A stretch of 64,000 bases of DNA from Vulcanimicrobiota bacterium (GCA_963812155.1 CAWETW010000002.1:384001-448000); one strand, 5' to 3'; shown: positions 21,582 through 31,973, counted from the stretch's first letter. A program made the numbers and translations. Notes: a model not told the origin generated them from the letters alone.

Positions 21582-21764
21582 AATTGTCCTCTAGCCGTTC
21601 GGATCGCACCGGCGCGCCGGTCTTTTGCAGCCGCTGCGCCGCAACTCGGCGGGGGCAAAAGTCCCCGCGGTCGCGGTTCGCTGCGGGCGACGCTTGGCGT
21701 CGCGACGGGCAACCCTAGAAAAAATTTTTTGAAAAAGGCGGTTCCGGCGGGGTCCTTTCCCGCC

Positions 21765-21780
21765 GGTCCGGAACCGGACC
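21765..21780. promoter_or_regulatory. Palindrome GGTCCGG-AA-CCGGACC, candidate operator
   Basis: Perfect 7-bp arms; near-identical site at 47330-47345; both lie in divergent intergenic regions. Confidence 0.35.
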
Positions 21781-21787
21781 TTCCCAC

Positions 21788-22187
21788 ATGAGAACCGTCG
21801 GAAGGTGGGCGTTCGTTGCACTCCTCTTCAGTGCGGCCGCCGCATGCAGCCGTGGCCCGGGCCCCTCGCGCATTGCCGACCCCCTACCTGGGCACGCTGC
21901 TGGACGACACCCTCGTCGAGGCTTCGACGACGGTCCTCGTGACCAAGCGCGACGTCGTCATCGCCTTGAATTGTGCCCCGCTCGCCGGCGCGATCGCCGC
22001 GAACGACGAACCGGCTATCGATCGGGCCGTCGCAGACAAAGCGGTCGCCCGCCTACCGGCCGGCGTGACCATTTACACGCCTCCTTTCTCGGCGCAGAAC
22101 CCGCGTGCGGCGCCGCTCGTCGTCACCGACGACAAGCACGCCGGGCGGCTCTGCACGCCCAACGCTTACGACGTCGTCAAGCAGTAG
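21788..22187 (+). CDS. Putative lipoprotein; probable frameshift near 21855
   Basis: MRTVGRWAFVALLFSAAAACS lipoprotein-like signal; protein-like sequence continues in the frame of ORF 21816-22187. Confidence 0.45.
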
Positions 22188-22196
22188 CGGCGACGA

Positions 22197-23330
22197 TTAG
22201 GCGTTTCCGAGCACGTCGCGGTCGCGCTGGGAGTGAACGTTGAGCAGGATGCCGACCGCGGCGAAGCCGGTGAGGATTGCCGAACCCCCAAACGAGACGA
22301 AGGGCAGCGGAATGCCCGTGATCGGCATGATCCCGACCGTCATTCCGACGTTCACGAGGATGTGGAAGAAGAACATCCCCACCAGCCCACCCGCGAGAAG
22401 AAACCCGAACCGGTCGCGCGCCGCAAGCAGGCTGCGCACCGCGCCGTAGAGCAGCACGCCGTAAATCGCGAGCAGCCCAATCGCCCCGGCAAAGCCCCAT
22501 TCTTCTGCGAGCACGGTGAAGATAAAATCGGTGGAGTTTTCCGGCACGAAGTTCAGCTGCGTCTGCGTGCCGTGATATAACCCGCGCCCGAACAACTCGC
22601 CGCTTCCTACCGCGATCTTCGACTGATTGAGACTGTAGCCCGAACCGAGCGGGTCGAGCTTCGGATTGAGAAAGACGAAGAGCCGCGCCTTTTGGAACGG
22701 TTTGAGGACGGCGTTCGTGCCGATCGCGACGGCGGCCACGAGCAGCACGCCCAACGCGTACACGGCGAAGTCGCCGAGCTTGGGCAAGCCGAGAAAGAGT
22801 TGCGCCGTCAGGATCGCGAGCAGCACCAGCGCCGTGCCCAGATCGGGCTGCTTGAGAATCAGCAGCGCGGGAATTGCGACCGTGAGCAGCGGTTTCCAGA
22901 GATCTTGCAGCTTATCGTAACGGCCGCGGCAAAGCACCGCGGCCAGCGATATGGCCAGCACGAGTTTGGCCGGCTCCGACGGTTGAAACGTACCGAGCGG
23001 TCCCAGCGAGATCCAGCGCTGCGCGCCGAGCGCGCTGTGGCCGCCCCGCAAAATAAAGAGCAGCAACAGCAGGTTGACGACGTAGAGTCCGGGCGCCCAA
23101 CGCTGCCAGTTGCGGTAATCCACGAGCGAGACGACGACCATGAGCACGACGCCCAAACAGATGTAGAGAATCTGCCGGTGGGCTTCGCCGGCGAACTGCG
23201 CGTTGTGCAGGCTCGCCGATCCGATGCAGACGACGCCGATCGCGGTCGCGGCAACGGCCGCGATTGCCAGCGGCCAATTGTAATTCCGTAGGAACCGCCT
23301 GGTTCCGGTGCCGAGGGTGAGCGTGGCCAC
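22197..23330 (-). CDS. rodA: Rod shape-determining protein RodA (SEDS family)
   Basis: GAQRWI, FQPSEPAK, KQPDLGT, VPENSTDFIF, PITGIPLPFVSFGGS. Confidence 0.95.
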   Translation of the reverse strand: MATLTLGTGTRRFLRNYNWPLAIAAVAATAIGVVCIGSASLHNAQFAGEAHRQILYICLGVVLMVVVSLVDYRNWQRWAPGLYVVNLLLLLFILRGGHSALGAQRWISLGPLGTFQPSEPAKLVLAISLAAVLCRGRYDKLQDLWKPLLTVAIPALLILKQPDLGTALVLLAILTAQLFLGLPKLGDFAVYALGVLLVAAVAIGTNAVLKPFQKARLFVFLNPKLDPLGSGYSLNQSKIAVGSGELFGRGLYHGTQTQLNFVPENSTDFIFTVLAEEWGFAGAIGLLAIYGVLLYGAVRSLLAARDRFGFLLAGGLVGMFFFHILVNVGMTVGIMPITGIPLPFVSFGGSAILTGFAAVGILLNVHSQRDRDVLGNA

Positions 23331-23361
23331 GCGCTACCGTTCGAGCGCGCCGGACGAGCGC

Positions 23362-23831
23362 CTACGGTGCGGCGGCAGCCGCCGCTTTGGATTTTTTGCG
23401 CCGGCGGCGCTTGCGTTTCGCCGGCGTCGCGGGTGGCGTCTCCGCGGACGGCGTCTCCACGGCCGGCGTCTCCGCCGACGGCGTTCCGTGACCGTTCGAA
23501 GCGGCAACGCTGACGGCCGCGATGGGTTCCGGCGGCGCGCCGGCCGCCGGCTCGGCCGCGACCGCGTGTCCGTTGGTGCGGTTCACCGCGAGTGATCGGA
23601 ATGTTCGCGAGCATGGCCAAGCGTCCGGTCTTGCTGCTCGAACGTGACGTCGATTCGCTCGCGGTCGACTTCGACGTAGCGTGAGATCACGTCCACGAGA
23701 TCGCGTTTCATCGCGTCGATCATCTCGGGCGCGAGTGCCAGATGATCGGTCATCAAAACGAGGCGCAGGCGTTCCTTGGCCGTCGAGCTCGATCCGGACT
23801 GACCGAAAAGGCGTTTGAGAAAATCGATCAT
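23362..23831 (-). CDS. minE: MinE with extended C-terminal tail; frameshifts near 23620 and 23590
   Basis: MIDFLKRLFG, TAKERLRLVL, MKRDLVDVISRYV, then MLANIPI and an Ala/Pro-rich basic tail in shifted frames. Confidence 0.85.
23435..23479. repeat. 15-nt imperfect tandem repeat x3 within the minE tail
   Basis: GGCGTCTCCGCGGAC / GGCGTCTCCACGGCC / GGCGTCTCCGCCGAC, encoding SAETP AVETP SAETP. Confidence 0.7.
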
Positions 23832-24684
23832 GCCCGCTTACCTCCGAAGATCGAGCCGATGCGCTCGAGGAGGCTGCGGTTCTCCCGGGGCATCGGCGCG
23901 GGAACGTCTTCGCCGGCGACGCGCGCCGCAATCGCGCGATACGCGGCGCCCGTAGGCGCGTCGTCGCGCAGCGCCAGCGGTTCGCCGCGATTGGTCGCGA
24001 CGATGATTTCCGGCTCGTCGGCGATCACACCGAGCAGCGGGAGCCGCAGAATCGCGTTGACGTCGTCGACCGAAAGCATCTTGCCTTTCTTGACGAGATG
24101 CGGACGCAGGCGGTTGATGATGAGTTGCGGCTTGAACGCGTTGCCGAGCAATCCGACGACGCGATCGACGTCGCGAACGGCCGAGACCTCGGGCGTGCAG
24201 ACGACGATCGCCTCGTCGGCGCCGACGACGGCGTTTTTGAAGCCCAGTTCGATGCCGGCGGGCGAATCGATCAGCACGTAGTCGAAACGTTCGCGCAGAC
24301 CGTGCGACGAGCGCGCGCATCTTCTCGGTGTCGACGTCTTCTTTTTCGCGCGCCTGCGCCGCGGCCAGCAGACGCAGCGTGGGCGCGTGCTTGTCCGGTA
24401 CGAGCGCATCGTCGAGCGTCACCTTGCCTTCGAGCACGTCGAGCAGGTGATGCTTGACGCGGCTTTCGAGGCCGAGCACGATGTCGAGATTGCGCAATCC
24501 GACGTCGGCATCGACCAGCACGACCGACGCGCCGCGTTGCGCGAGCGCGGTGCCGAGATTGGCGGTCGTCGTCGTCTTGCCGACGCCGCCTTTGCCCGAC
24601 GTGATGACGATCGCGCGGCCCAGCGCGCGCCGGCTGAGCTTGCGCCGCCGTATCGTCGCGCTCTTGCGGAATGAGAACGTGCAT
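23828..24684 (-). CDS. minD: Septum site-determining ATPase MinD, paralog 2; frameshifts near 24625 and 24300
   Basis: ITSGKGGVGKTTTTANLG, DADVGLRNLD, IDSPAGIE, TPEVSAVRDVDR; C-terminal SLLERIGSIFGG. Confidence 0.9.
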
Positions 24685-24685
24685 G

Positions 24686-25477
24686 CTACCCCGCTTTCAG
24701 GGCGTCGATCAGACGCCCGAAGAATCCTTGGCCCGCGAAACTCGTGAACGGCACGATCTCGCCCTCGAGCCGGCGTGCGATCTTGTCGTAGATAGTGCGC
24801 ACGCGGCTGTTCGGGTCGAGCACGACGGGTTCGCCGCGATTGGTCGTGTCGATGATCTCTTCGTCGTCGGGAACGATGCCGAGCAGTTCGACTGCCAGAA
24901 TTTCGCAGACGTCGTCGACCGAGAGCATGTCGCCGCTGCGCACCATTTCGGCACGCAGGCGGTTGACGATCAGCCGAATCGGCTTTCCGCGATCGTCCAG
25001 TTTGCCGACGACGCGGTCGGCGTCGCGAATCGCGCTGACCTCGGGCGTCGTCACGACGATCGCTTCGGCCGCGCCGGCGACCGCGTTGCGAAAGCCCGTT
25101 TCGATGCCGGCGGGACAGTCGATCAGCACGTAATCGCTTGTTCGGCCGCACGCTCGACGATCGACGCAAACTGCTCCTCGGAGATCGCATCCTTCTCGCG
25201 CGTCTGCGCGGCCGGCAGAATCGAGAGCGACTCGAAGCGTTTGTCTTTGATCAGCGCCTGACGCAGCTGGCAGCGTCCTTCGGCGACTTCGACGAGATCG
25301 AAGACGATGCGCTTCTCCAATCCCGAGCACGAGATCGAGATTGCGCAATCCGATGTCGGCGTCGATGAGAATGACGCGCTTGCCGCGCTTGGCGAGCGCG
25401 GCACCGAGATTGGCGGTCGTCGTCGTCTTTCCGACGCCGCCTTTGCCGGAGGTGATGACGATCCGCCGCGCGTTCAC
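24686..25477 (-). CDS. minD: Septum site-determining ATPase MinD, paralog 1; two compensating frameshifts near 25322 and 25140
   Basis: ITSGKGGVGKTT, DADIGLRNLD, IDCPAGIE, TPEVSAIRDADR. The middle segment (GLEKRIVFDLVEV...) is in ORF 25123-25404. C-terminal GFFGRLIDAL. Confidence 0.9.
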   Translation of the reverse strand: MNARRIVITSGKGGVGKTTTTANLGAALAKRGKRVILIDADIGLRNLDLVLGIGEAHRLRSRRSRRRTLPAASGADQRQTLRVALDSAGRADAREGCDLRGAVCVDRRACGRTSDYVLIDCPAGIETGFRNAVAGAAEAIVVTTPEVSAIRDADRVVGKLDDRGKPIRLIVNRLRAEMVRSGDMLSVDDVCEILAVELLGIVPDDEEIIDTTNRGEPVVLDPNSRVRTIYDKIARRLEGEIVPFTSFAGQGFFGRLIDALKAG

Positions 25478-26349
25478 GAGCCTGCCGCTCCGCGTTCGAA
25501 GTCGTCGAGCTTGTCGTAGGGAACGAGGGCGATGCGGCCATCGCGTACGACGGCTGCGTGTGGACGCGGGATGGCCGCCGGCGGGCACTCTTCGGACGCG
25601 ATATACGTTGCGATGCGAAGCTGCGTCGCGTCGAGGTCGAGCGCGTACACGCGGGCCGCTTCGTCGCCTTGCGCGCCGGCATGCGCGACGCCGGCCAACC
25701 GCCCGAAGACGACAACGTCGCCGCTGGCGATCAGTTCGGCGCCGGGATTGACGTCGCCGACGACGACGATGTGTCCGACGTGATGCAGCGCCTGGCCGCC
25801 GCGCAGGGTGCCGGAGTGGTAGAGCGTCGGGGGCGGCGCCTCGACCAGGTGTAGAACCGGCGTCTCCGGGACGGACGAAGGCTGCGGCTGCTGTTCCGGC
25901 CGGCGGACGCTTGCCTCGCCGCGCCGGCGCCGGTCCGCGATATCGGCGCGGGCTCCCGCGAAATCCGCGACCAGCGAACGGGCGGCCTCCGACAACCCAG
26001 CGTCGGAAAGGTCGGCGTCGCGCGGCGTTCGCAGGGCCCGGCGGCGTTCGAGCTCTCCGACCGGGCCGGCGGTTTCATATCGGAGCCCGGTCGCTTCGGC
26101 GACCGCCTGCACCGCGCCTGAACCGGCGAGCGCGCGCAGTTCGATGCCTGCATCGGAGAGCAGATCGAGCAAACGCGCAAGCTCACCGGCATGCGGAGCG
26201 GAGGCGCCAAAACTCGCGGTCGCCGAGACGCCCCGATAGAAGCCCGGCCGCTCCGCAAGGCGAGCTTGCAATTCGTCGAAGGCCTCGTCGAAATCGCGAC
26301 CTGCAAGCGCAATTTCGAGGCCTTGTTTCCTGCCGCGTAAGAGTGTCAC
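25474..26349 (-). CDS. minC: Septum site-determining protein MinC
   Basis: TLRGGQ, VVVGDVNPGAELIASGDVVVFGRLAGVAHAGA, QLRIA. Confidence 0.92.
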   Translation of the reverse strand: MTLLRGRKQGLEIALAGRDFDEAFDELQARLAERPGFYRGVSATASFGASAPHAGELARLLDLLSDAGIELRALAGSGAVQAVAEATGLRYETAGPVGELERRRALRTPRDADLSDAGLSEAARSLVADFAGARADIADRRRRGEASVRRPEQQPQPSSVPETPVLHLVEAPPPTLYHSGTLRGGQALHHVGHIVVVGDVNPGAELIASGDVVVFGRLAGVAHAGAQGDEAARVYALDLDATQLRIATYIASEECPPAAIPRPHAAVVRDGRIALVPYDKLDDFERGAAGS

Positions 26350-26420
26350 GAGTCTGTTACGAATACTCCGACGGTACGATGTTCCGCCCCGTTCATAGCG
26401 GGTGCGCCCCGCACCCGCCT

Positions 26421-26460
26421 TCATCCACAAACGACTCGCAAGTTCTTGCCGTTATCCACA
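26421..26460 (+). promoter_or_regulatory. DnaA boxes upstream of minC
   Basis: Perfect TTATCCACA at 26452-26460 and a one-mismatch TCATCCACA at 26421-26429. Confidence 0.55.
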
Positions 26461-26524
26461 TGTCGTGCACAGCGGTCACGCTGCAACATCGGCGGCCGCT
26501 CCGGAGTACCGTGAGGGAAAGACC

Positions 26525-28578
26525 ATGATTCGCAGACTCGCGTCCGCCGTCGTCCTGATTTCAATGGCGATCGCCGCCGTCCCGGCGCCGGTCAAAGCCA
26601 TGTCGACCGCCGCCGAAATTCAACTCGGCCAGCAGGAGGACCAGCAGATCGTCGCCGGGAGCGTCATCGAGACGGATCCGCTCCTCAACGCCTACGTCCA
26701 AGGCATCGCCGAGAATCTTTGGAATCAGGTCGCCCGCAAAGACGTCCCGTATTCGGTGAAGATCATCAAGGACGACAGCATCAACTCGTTCGCGACGATG
26801 GGCGGCTTCGTCTACGTCAACGAGGGGCTGGTCGACTTCGTGCAGTCCGACGACGAACTCGCCAGCGTGGTCGGCCACGAGACCGGCCACATCGAACGCC
26901 GTCACGTCATCACGACGCAATCGAAGGCGGAAATCCTCAACATCCTGTTCGGCATCGCGTCGCTCTTCTCGCCGCTCATCTACAACTTCGGCGGACTTGG
27001 CCGAGGCGGGCTTCATGGCGAAGATCTCGCGCGAAGACGAGCTGCAAGCCGACCGCTACGGCCTTCAGTTGATGTCGCGCGCCGGATACGATCCGGAGTC
27101 GATGGTCACGATGATGGCGCACCTCGCCGTGCTTCAGGACGAGAAGAGCGATCTGGTCACGAAGTATCTCGAGGACCATCCGGATCCGAAGAAGCGCGTG
27201 GCGCATCTGATGGGCTATCCCGAACTGGATCCCAAGGACGTGACGCCGACGCAGCAGCTGGTGCAATCCTCGAGCGACGAGGAACGCGCGCGCTACGAAT
27301 TCGGTTCGATCCGTCTGGCGAACGTCTTGAAGAACGACCCGCAAAATGCCGAGGCGCTGCTGGAGATGGGCCAGTCGGATCTCGCGCTCGGCTTAACGAG
27401 CAAGAGCCGGCAGACGCTCGCCGAAGCCGCGCAGCTCGGATCCGCGCAGACGCGCGCCGCAGCCGATCAGCGCATCGCTTCGCTGCGGCAGATGGAAACG
27501 CAGCGGGTTACGCTGACGCATCCGAACCTTCCCAAACTGCAGAGCGCGGTGCAGGCGGCGCAGGCCTCGCAAATCGAGGCCGCGACGCAAATCGCGGCGC
27601 GGGCGGCAGAAGCCAAGGACCAGTTCAAGGCGATCAACGGCCGCGTGAACTCGCTGCAGTACGAGATTCCCGACTTCAGCCGCATCAACATCCGGCGCGG
27701 CTCGCGCGTCGAAGCGATCGTGAAGAATCTGACTTCGATGTCCCGTTCGATCGACAGCGCGCTGCAGGACGCGCGCGCGCCCATCGGCGGCGTCGGCACG
27801 CTCGAGCGAGACAAGGAGACCGGGCTGCTCAAGGACGGTTCCGAAATCTACGCCGAGATGCTGGCGCCGTTTGCGACGCCGCCGCTGGGAGCCGACGCAT
27901 TCGCGATTCTGCCCTCGTATCCGCTGATGCTCAACGAACTCTCGCTCGCCGACGGCGACATGCTCCGCTCGGTCGACGCCGCGCGAGCGTCGCTGACCCA
28001 AGCTCGATCAGTCGGTCGGCGACCTCGACGAGTTCTTGAAGCAGCTCGATCACGTGCAAGTGAGCTTCAACGGCGACATCAGTGAGAGCGCGTATGCGTC
28101 GCTGCAGCCGGTGATGGAGAAATCGATCGCCGACTTCAACGCCGCAGCATCGTCGGCTTCGCAAGCGTCGCAGCTCTACAACATGGCGCGCACGCGCCAG
28201 TTGTCGGCGCGCATCTCACTGCTCGGCCTCGGCACGTCGCCGCAACGCTATTCGACGCTCCAATACGCGCTGCAGCAGCGCTTCGGAATGCCGGGCGTCG
28301 ACTACCGTACGATGCTGCGCGACGGCTTGACGCCGGGAGACGTGACGCTTGCCACGATCGTTGCGGCCGACGTTAAGAGCACGCCCGAGGCGATTATTGC
28401 GGAAGCCAGGAGTTCGAAGCAGACGATGGTCGACGTCGCCAACGCGCACGGCATGCACGCATGGCCGCTCGAAATCTTTACCGGCTTAGTTTATCTCGAT
28501 TACACCGACGACCCGATGAAGGAACTTCGCCGGGCCGACGGTACCGAAGCCGCCACGCTCCAGGAGTTGGGGCTGTAG
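26525..28578 (+). CDS. Exported M48 metalloprotease with helical/TPR-like C-terminus; frameshifts near 27000 and 28003
   Basis: INSFATMGG, ELASVVGHETGH, SREDELQADRYG, EDHP across three consecutive ORFs. Confidence 0.85.
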
Positions 28579-28594
28579 AAAGGACCGTCATCCC

Positions 28595-29581
28595 ATGGCC
28601 TCCGCGTTAGGCGCGCGTGACATCGTCCGGTTGGTCAAGAAGGGCGTCGACGTTCGCGCCGTTCAGGCGCACGTGCGCAAACCGTTTCGCTTTTTGCTCT
28701 GCGGCGATCCCGCGCTGGTTGCCGAAATGCGCGCGCTGCTGCTCTCCGGCCACGACGACGGCAGCGTGCCGCTCGACGCTGCCGCGTGTTTGGAAACGAT
28801 TGCGGCCAATGCGGCCTTCGCGGTAGCGCCGCGCGACGCTACCGCGGCAATTTTCTTGGGACGTCCGGGCGATCGCAGCGGCGCCGATTTTACGGCGCTG
28901 ACGTCGTGCGGCGTTCCGGTCTTGGCGCTCACCGTCGATCCCGACGCGCCGCCGAGCGGGCCGCCGTCGCCGCCGGGACGGGGCGCCGTCGCCGAGTATG
29001 GCGTTACCGCAATCGCGCGCGAAGCGTTGCGCGGACGCGTTTTTCCGCACTTGGTCGAGTGCGCGCGCGGCACGGAGATCGCGGTCGGACGCCGGTTACC
29101 GGTGCTGCGCGAAACCGTCGCCGGCAAACTCTCGCGCGATGCGGCGCGCAACGCGCTGAAGGTATCGCTCGCAAGCGCCGTCGTCGACCATATTCCGGTG
29201 GTCGGCTTGGTGCTCGGCGCCTTCGCGTCGGCCGGCGACATGGTCGCGATCACCGGCATTCAAATGATGCTCTTCCTGCATATCGAGGCGGCCTATGGGA
29301 AGGATCCCGACTTGCAGCGGCTCTGGCAGCTGCTGCCGGTCGTCGGCAGCGGGTTCGGATGGCGCGCGCTCGCGCGCGAGTTGAGCGGCTTCATTCCAGT
29401 CGCCGGCATCGCGATCAAAGGCGCAATTGCCTATGCGGGAACGATCGTCGTCGGCGAGAGCGTCACGTTCTTTCTCGAACACGGCCGCCACATGAGCAGC
29501 GGACAGGCCGCGCATCTCTTCGAGCGCACGAAGGACGACGCGTTACGGTTCGCGCGCGAGCTCATTTCGAAAATTCGCTAG
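28595..29581 (+). CDS. Hypothetical protein with DUF697-like C-terminal domain
   Basis: IPVVG...DMVAITGIQMML...AYG, IPVAGIAIKGAIAYAGT. Confidence 0.6.
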   Translation: MASALGARDIVRLVKKGVDVRAVQAHVRKPFRFLLCGDPALVAEMRALLLSGHDDGSVPLDAAACLETIAANAAFAVAPRDATAAIFLGRPGDRSGADFTALTSCGVPVLALTVDPDAPPSGPPSPPGRGAVAEYGVTAIAREALRGRVFPHLVECARGTEIAVGRRLPVLRETVAGKLSRDAARNALKVSLASAVVDHIPVVGLVLGAFASAGDMVAITGIQMMLFLHIEAAYGKDPDLQRLWQLLPVVGSGFGWRALARELSGFIPVAGIAIKGAIAYAGTIVVGESVTFFLEHGRHMSSGQAAHLFERTKDDALRFARELISKIR

Positions 29582-29591
29582 CCGAGCGCCG

Positions 29592-30326
29592 CTACAAACG
29601 CTCGAGCAGCGGCTCGTCGCCGAGGCGCTGGAGTTCCGGCGGTACGCGCTCGCGGACTCGGCTCGCCAACTGCGCCGCCAATTCGTGACGGCGCTGCGGC
29701 GTGAGCGCGTCGCGCCGATCGAGAAAGCGCCGCACGAGCGCGCGCTCTTCACCTGAGAGGTACCGGGTGGCCCCGTACTCCGGTTCGGCCTGTGCGACGA
29801 GACGCTTCGGCATTGCGAGCTGCGCGTCGCGTACCACGATCGTGCCGGCGGCAATGTCGCCCAGACGTTTATTTTCCGGCGACGCGAGCATGCTGATCGC
29901 CGAAACGGCGTAAAAGCCCAGACCGAGCTCTCCGACGCGTATCAGGTTGCGAACGAGCGCCGCGCCGACATCGACCGGGTATCCGCCGTCGCGCACCGTC
30001 CGGATGCCGAGCGCGCGCTTTCCGGGCGTTTGCCCGTTCCAAAACGTCTCGAAAACGATGAAGTAACCGAAAAAGAGCATGAAAATGACGAAGACGACGA
30101 TCGCGATGGCGATCGCATCGGTGTATCGCTGCAGCTCGGGGGGGATGGCGTGCTTGGTCGTGTCGATGCGGGACGCAGCCAATCCGAGTCCCGCGACCAG
30201 TGCGGCGAAGACGCCGACTTGCAATGCCATGTCGAGGACGAGCGCGAGGAAGCGACTGCCCAAACCGGCCAGCTCGTAACGAAACGCGATGCTCTCGGGA
30301 GTGCGGACGTCCACGTTTCGGTCCAT
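29592..30326 (-). CDS. RDD family membrane protein
   Basis: TPESI.F..ELAGLGSRFLALVLD, GQTPGKRALGIR, KRLGDIAAGT. Confidence 0.93.
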   Translation of the reverse strand: MDRNVDVRTPESIAFRYELAGLGSRFLALVLDMALQVGVFAALVAGLGLAASRIDTTKHAIPPELQRYTDAIAIAIVVFVIFMLFFGYFIVFETFWNGQTPGKRALGIRTVRDGGYPVDVGAALVRNLIRVGELGLGFYAVSAISMLASPENKRLGDIAAGTIVVRDAQLAMPKRLVAQAEPEYGATRYLSGEERALVRRFLDRRDALTPQRRHELAAQLASRVRERVPPELQRLGDEPLLERL

Positions 30327-30401
30327 GCCCGGCGCTTCGCCGATTCAGGTTTCCTTCATGCCTGTGCCGTACGTTCTCGCGAACTCATCCCGGAGGCAAC
30401 C

Positions 30402-31610
30402 ATGCGTCAATCAAGGCTTTCGCGCGCTTTGCGCCGCTTCGCCCCCGCGTTTCTTCTCGCGGTCGTGGCGGCTTCCGGCTGTTCTGCAAACGGCAGCGCC
30501 GGCTCGTCGCTGCCGAGAGGCTTTTCGCCTGCGGGCTTGGCGCATCGCGCAGGCCACGCGTCGACCGGTCTCGGCGCGATCCTCACGACCGCGAACCACG
30601 GCCAAATTTTCGGTTTCGACATCGATCAAAACGGCGGCGACGGCGTGCTCGCGACGGCCGCCAACGTCGAGATGTTCGACCAGGACGACGGACGGATTAC
30701 CCGATCGATTCCCCAGAAGACGCCGCAGGGAACGACCTATGGCATGGACGGGATCTTCGGACACGACGTCGGCTTAGTCACGCGTTACGTCGTGCCCAAA
30801 GGCTCGATCTACGCTCACCGGTATTACAACGTCATCAGTCCGGTAACCAAAGGCAAGTTCGACGCGAAATGGAAGCCGCCGATTCCCGACGTCGACGTGT
30901 TGCAGGGCGGCAACAATCAAAGCACGTCGACGAGCGTGCTGTTTGCCATCGAGCTGAAGAATCAGGACAATCCCGACCTCTTCGTCACGAACATCGCCGC
31001 CGACACGATCAGCAAGGTGATCCATTTAGACCCCAACGCGTTCGGTCTCGCCGACGGTCCTCAACTAGCTCAATACACGAGCGCCAACGAGGCCGTCATT
31101 GCATATTCTCCCGACGGCGGTGCCGTGGGCGGCCGCCCGCCGATCAACGGAATCTTCAATCTTTCGACGGGTCAGGAGACGAAGCTCATCGGCTACAATC
31201 TCGGACCGTACCACGCCGGCTACGTCAACGGCTTGGCGGTCGATCCCAACACCGGCATCGCTGCCACCACGACCGAGCTCAACGCCCAAGTCGAATTCTA
31301 CGACTTGAATAAGAAAGAGGGCATCACCGCGGTGCAGTTGCCCTGCACCGGCAATACCGACCAAACGTTGAGCGGATCGGGAATCGCAGTCGATCCCATC
31401 AATAAGCTCTTCCTGGTTTCGGAGCAGTACTATTGCCAGCAGAACCAGGGGAGCGCGATCGTCGTCTACGACGAGCAGGGAAACTTGGTCGAGACGATTA
31501 CCGGCTTTACGTTCTCAATCGGGGAGCCGGCCGCCGTCCTTAATCCGAGCAAGCGGATGGGGTGGACGTTCGGCCCCCACTTCGATCAGCTGCAACAGTT
31601 CTTCTACTAG
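30402..31610 (+). CDS. Secreted lipoprotein, probable beta-propeller
   Basis: GGAGG RBS; lipobox ASGC; repeated GLAVDP/GIAVDP blades. Confidence 0.75.
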   Translation: MRQSRLSRALRRFAPAFLLAVVAASGCSANGSAGSSLPRGFSPAGLAHRAGHASTGLGAILTTANHGQIFGFDIDQNGGDGVLATAANVEMFDQDDGRITRSIPQKTPQGTTYGMDGIFGHDVGLVTRYVVPKGSIYAHRYYNVISPVTKGKFDAKWKPPIPDVDVLQGGNNQSTSTSVLFAIELKNQDNPDLFVTNIAADTISKVIHLDPNAFGLADGPQLAQYTSANEAVIAYSPDGGAVGGRPPINGIFNLSTGQETKLIGYNLGPYHAGYVNGLAVDPNTGIAATTTELNAQVEFYDLNKKEGITAVQLPCTGNTDQTLSGSGIAVDPINKLFLVSEQYYCQQNQGSAIVVYDEQGNLVETITGFTFSIGEPAAVLNPSKRMGWTFGPHFDQLQQFFY

Positions 31611-31710
31611 GAAGGCCTCGTTTATCCCAACTCGTCGTCAGCTCAGGCCTCATTTACCGCAGTAAACCTCGACCCTCGCTTCCTGGATTTGGAATAAATT
31701 CACTCTTCCT
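31609..31710 (-). repeat. Copy B of the ~100-nt palindromic repeat / structured RNA candidate
   Basis: AGGAAG...CTTCCT termini, TTTATCCCAA/TTGGAATAAA arms, conserved core; fills the gap between convergent stop codons. Confidence 0.85.
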
Positions 31711-31712
31711 GA

Positions 31713-31973
31713 TTACGTAGCTTGCGGTTGCGGCTGACTTCCGCTTCCGTTCGTGGTCGTCGAGCTCGAACTGTTTTGCGTGCTCGAACCGTTCGCAGCG
31801 TTGCCGTTGGCCGGCTGGGTCACGGTGGTCGTATTCGTCGTTGACGTCGTGCTCCAAGGATGCCAATAGAGCAGTGCGCCGACGACGACGATCACCGCGA
31901 TGACCAAAATAGCGATTGCGGTCGTGCTTGGTCCCGATCCGTCGCTTACGACGATGTTCCGATCGTCATGCAT
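31713..31973 (-). CDS. Small single-TM protein with Ser/Thr-rich tail
   Basis: GAGGAGG RBS; one hydrophobic helix. Confidence 0.7.
   Translation of the reverse strand: MHDDRNIVVSDGSGPSTTAIAILVIAVIVVVGALLYWHPWSTTSTTNTTTVTQPANGNAANGSSTQNSSSSTTTNGSGSQPQPQAT

Noticed and set aside
26421..26471. oriC
   Set aside because: Only two good DnaA boxes, no AT-rich unwinding element, and no dnaA/dnaN nearby.
648..28578. About a dozen frameshifts in kgd, tsdA, peroxiredoxin, minE, both minD and the M48 gene, read as pseudogenes or programmed frameshifting
   Set aside because: They are mostly single extra bases in short homopolymer runs within otherwise intact conserved genes, with no slippery heptamers. 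Uncorrected long-read errors are the simplest explanation; read mapping would confirm.
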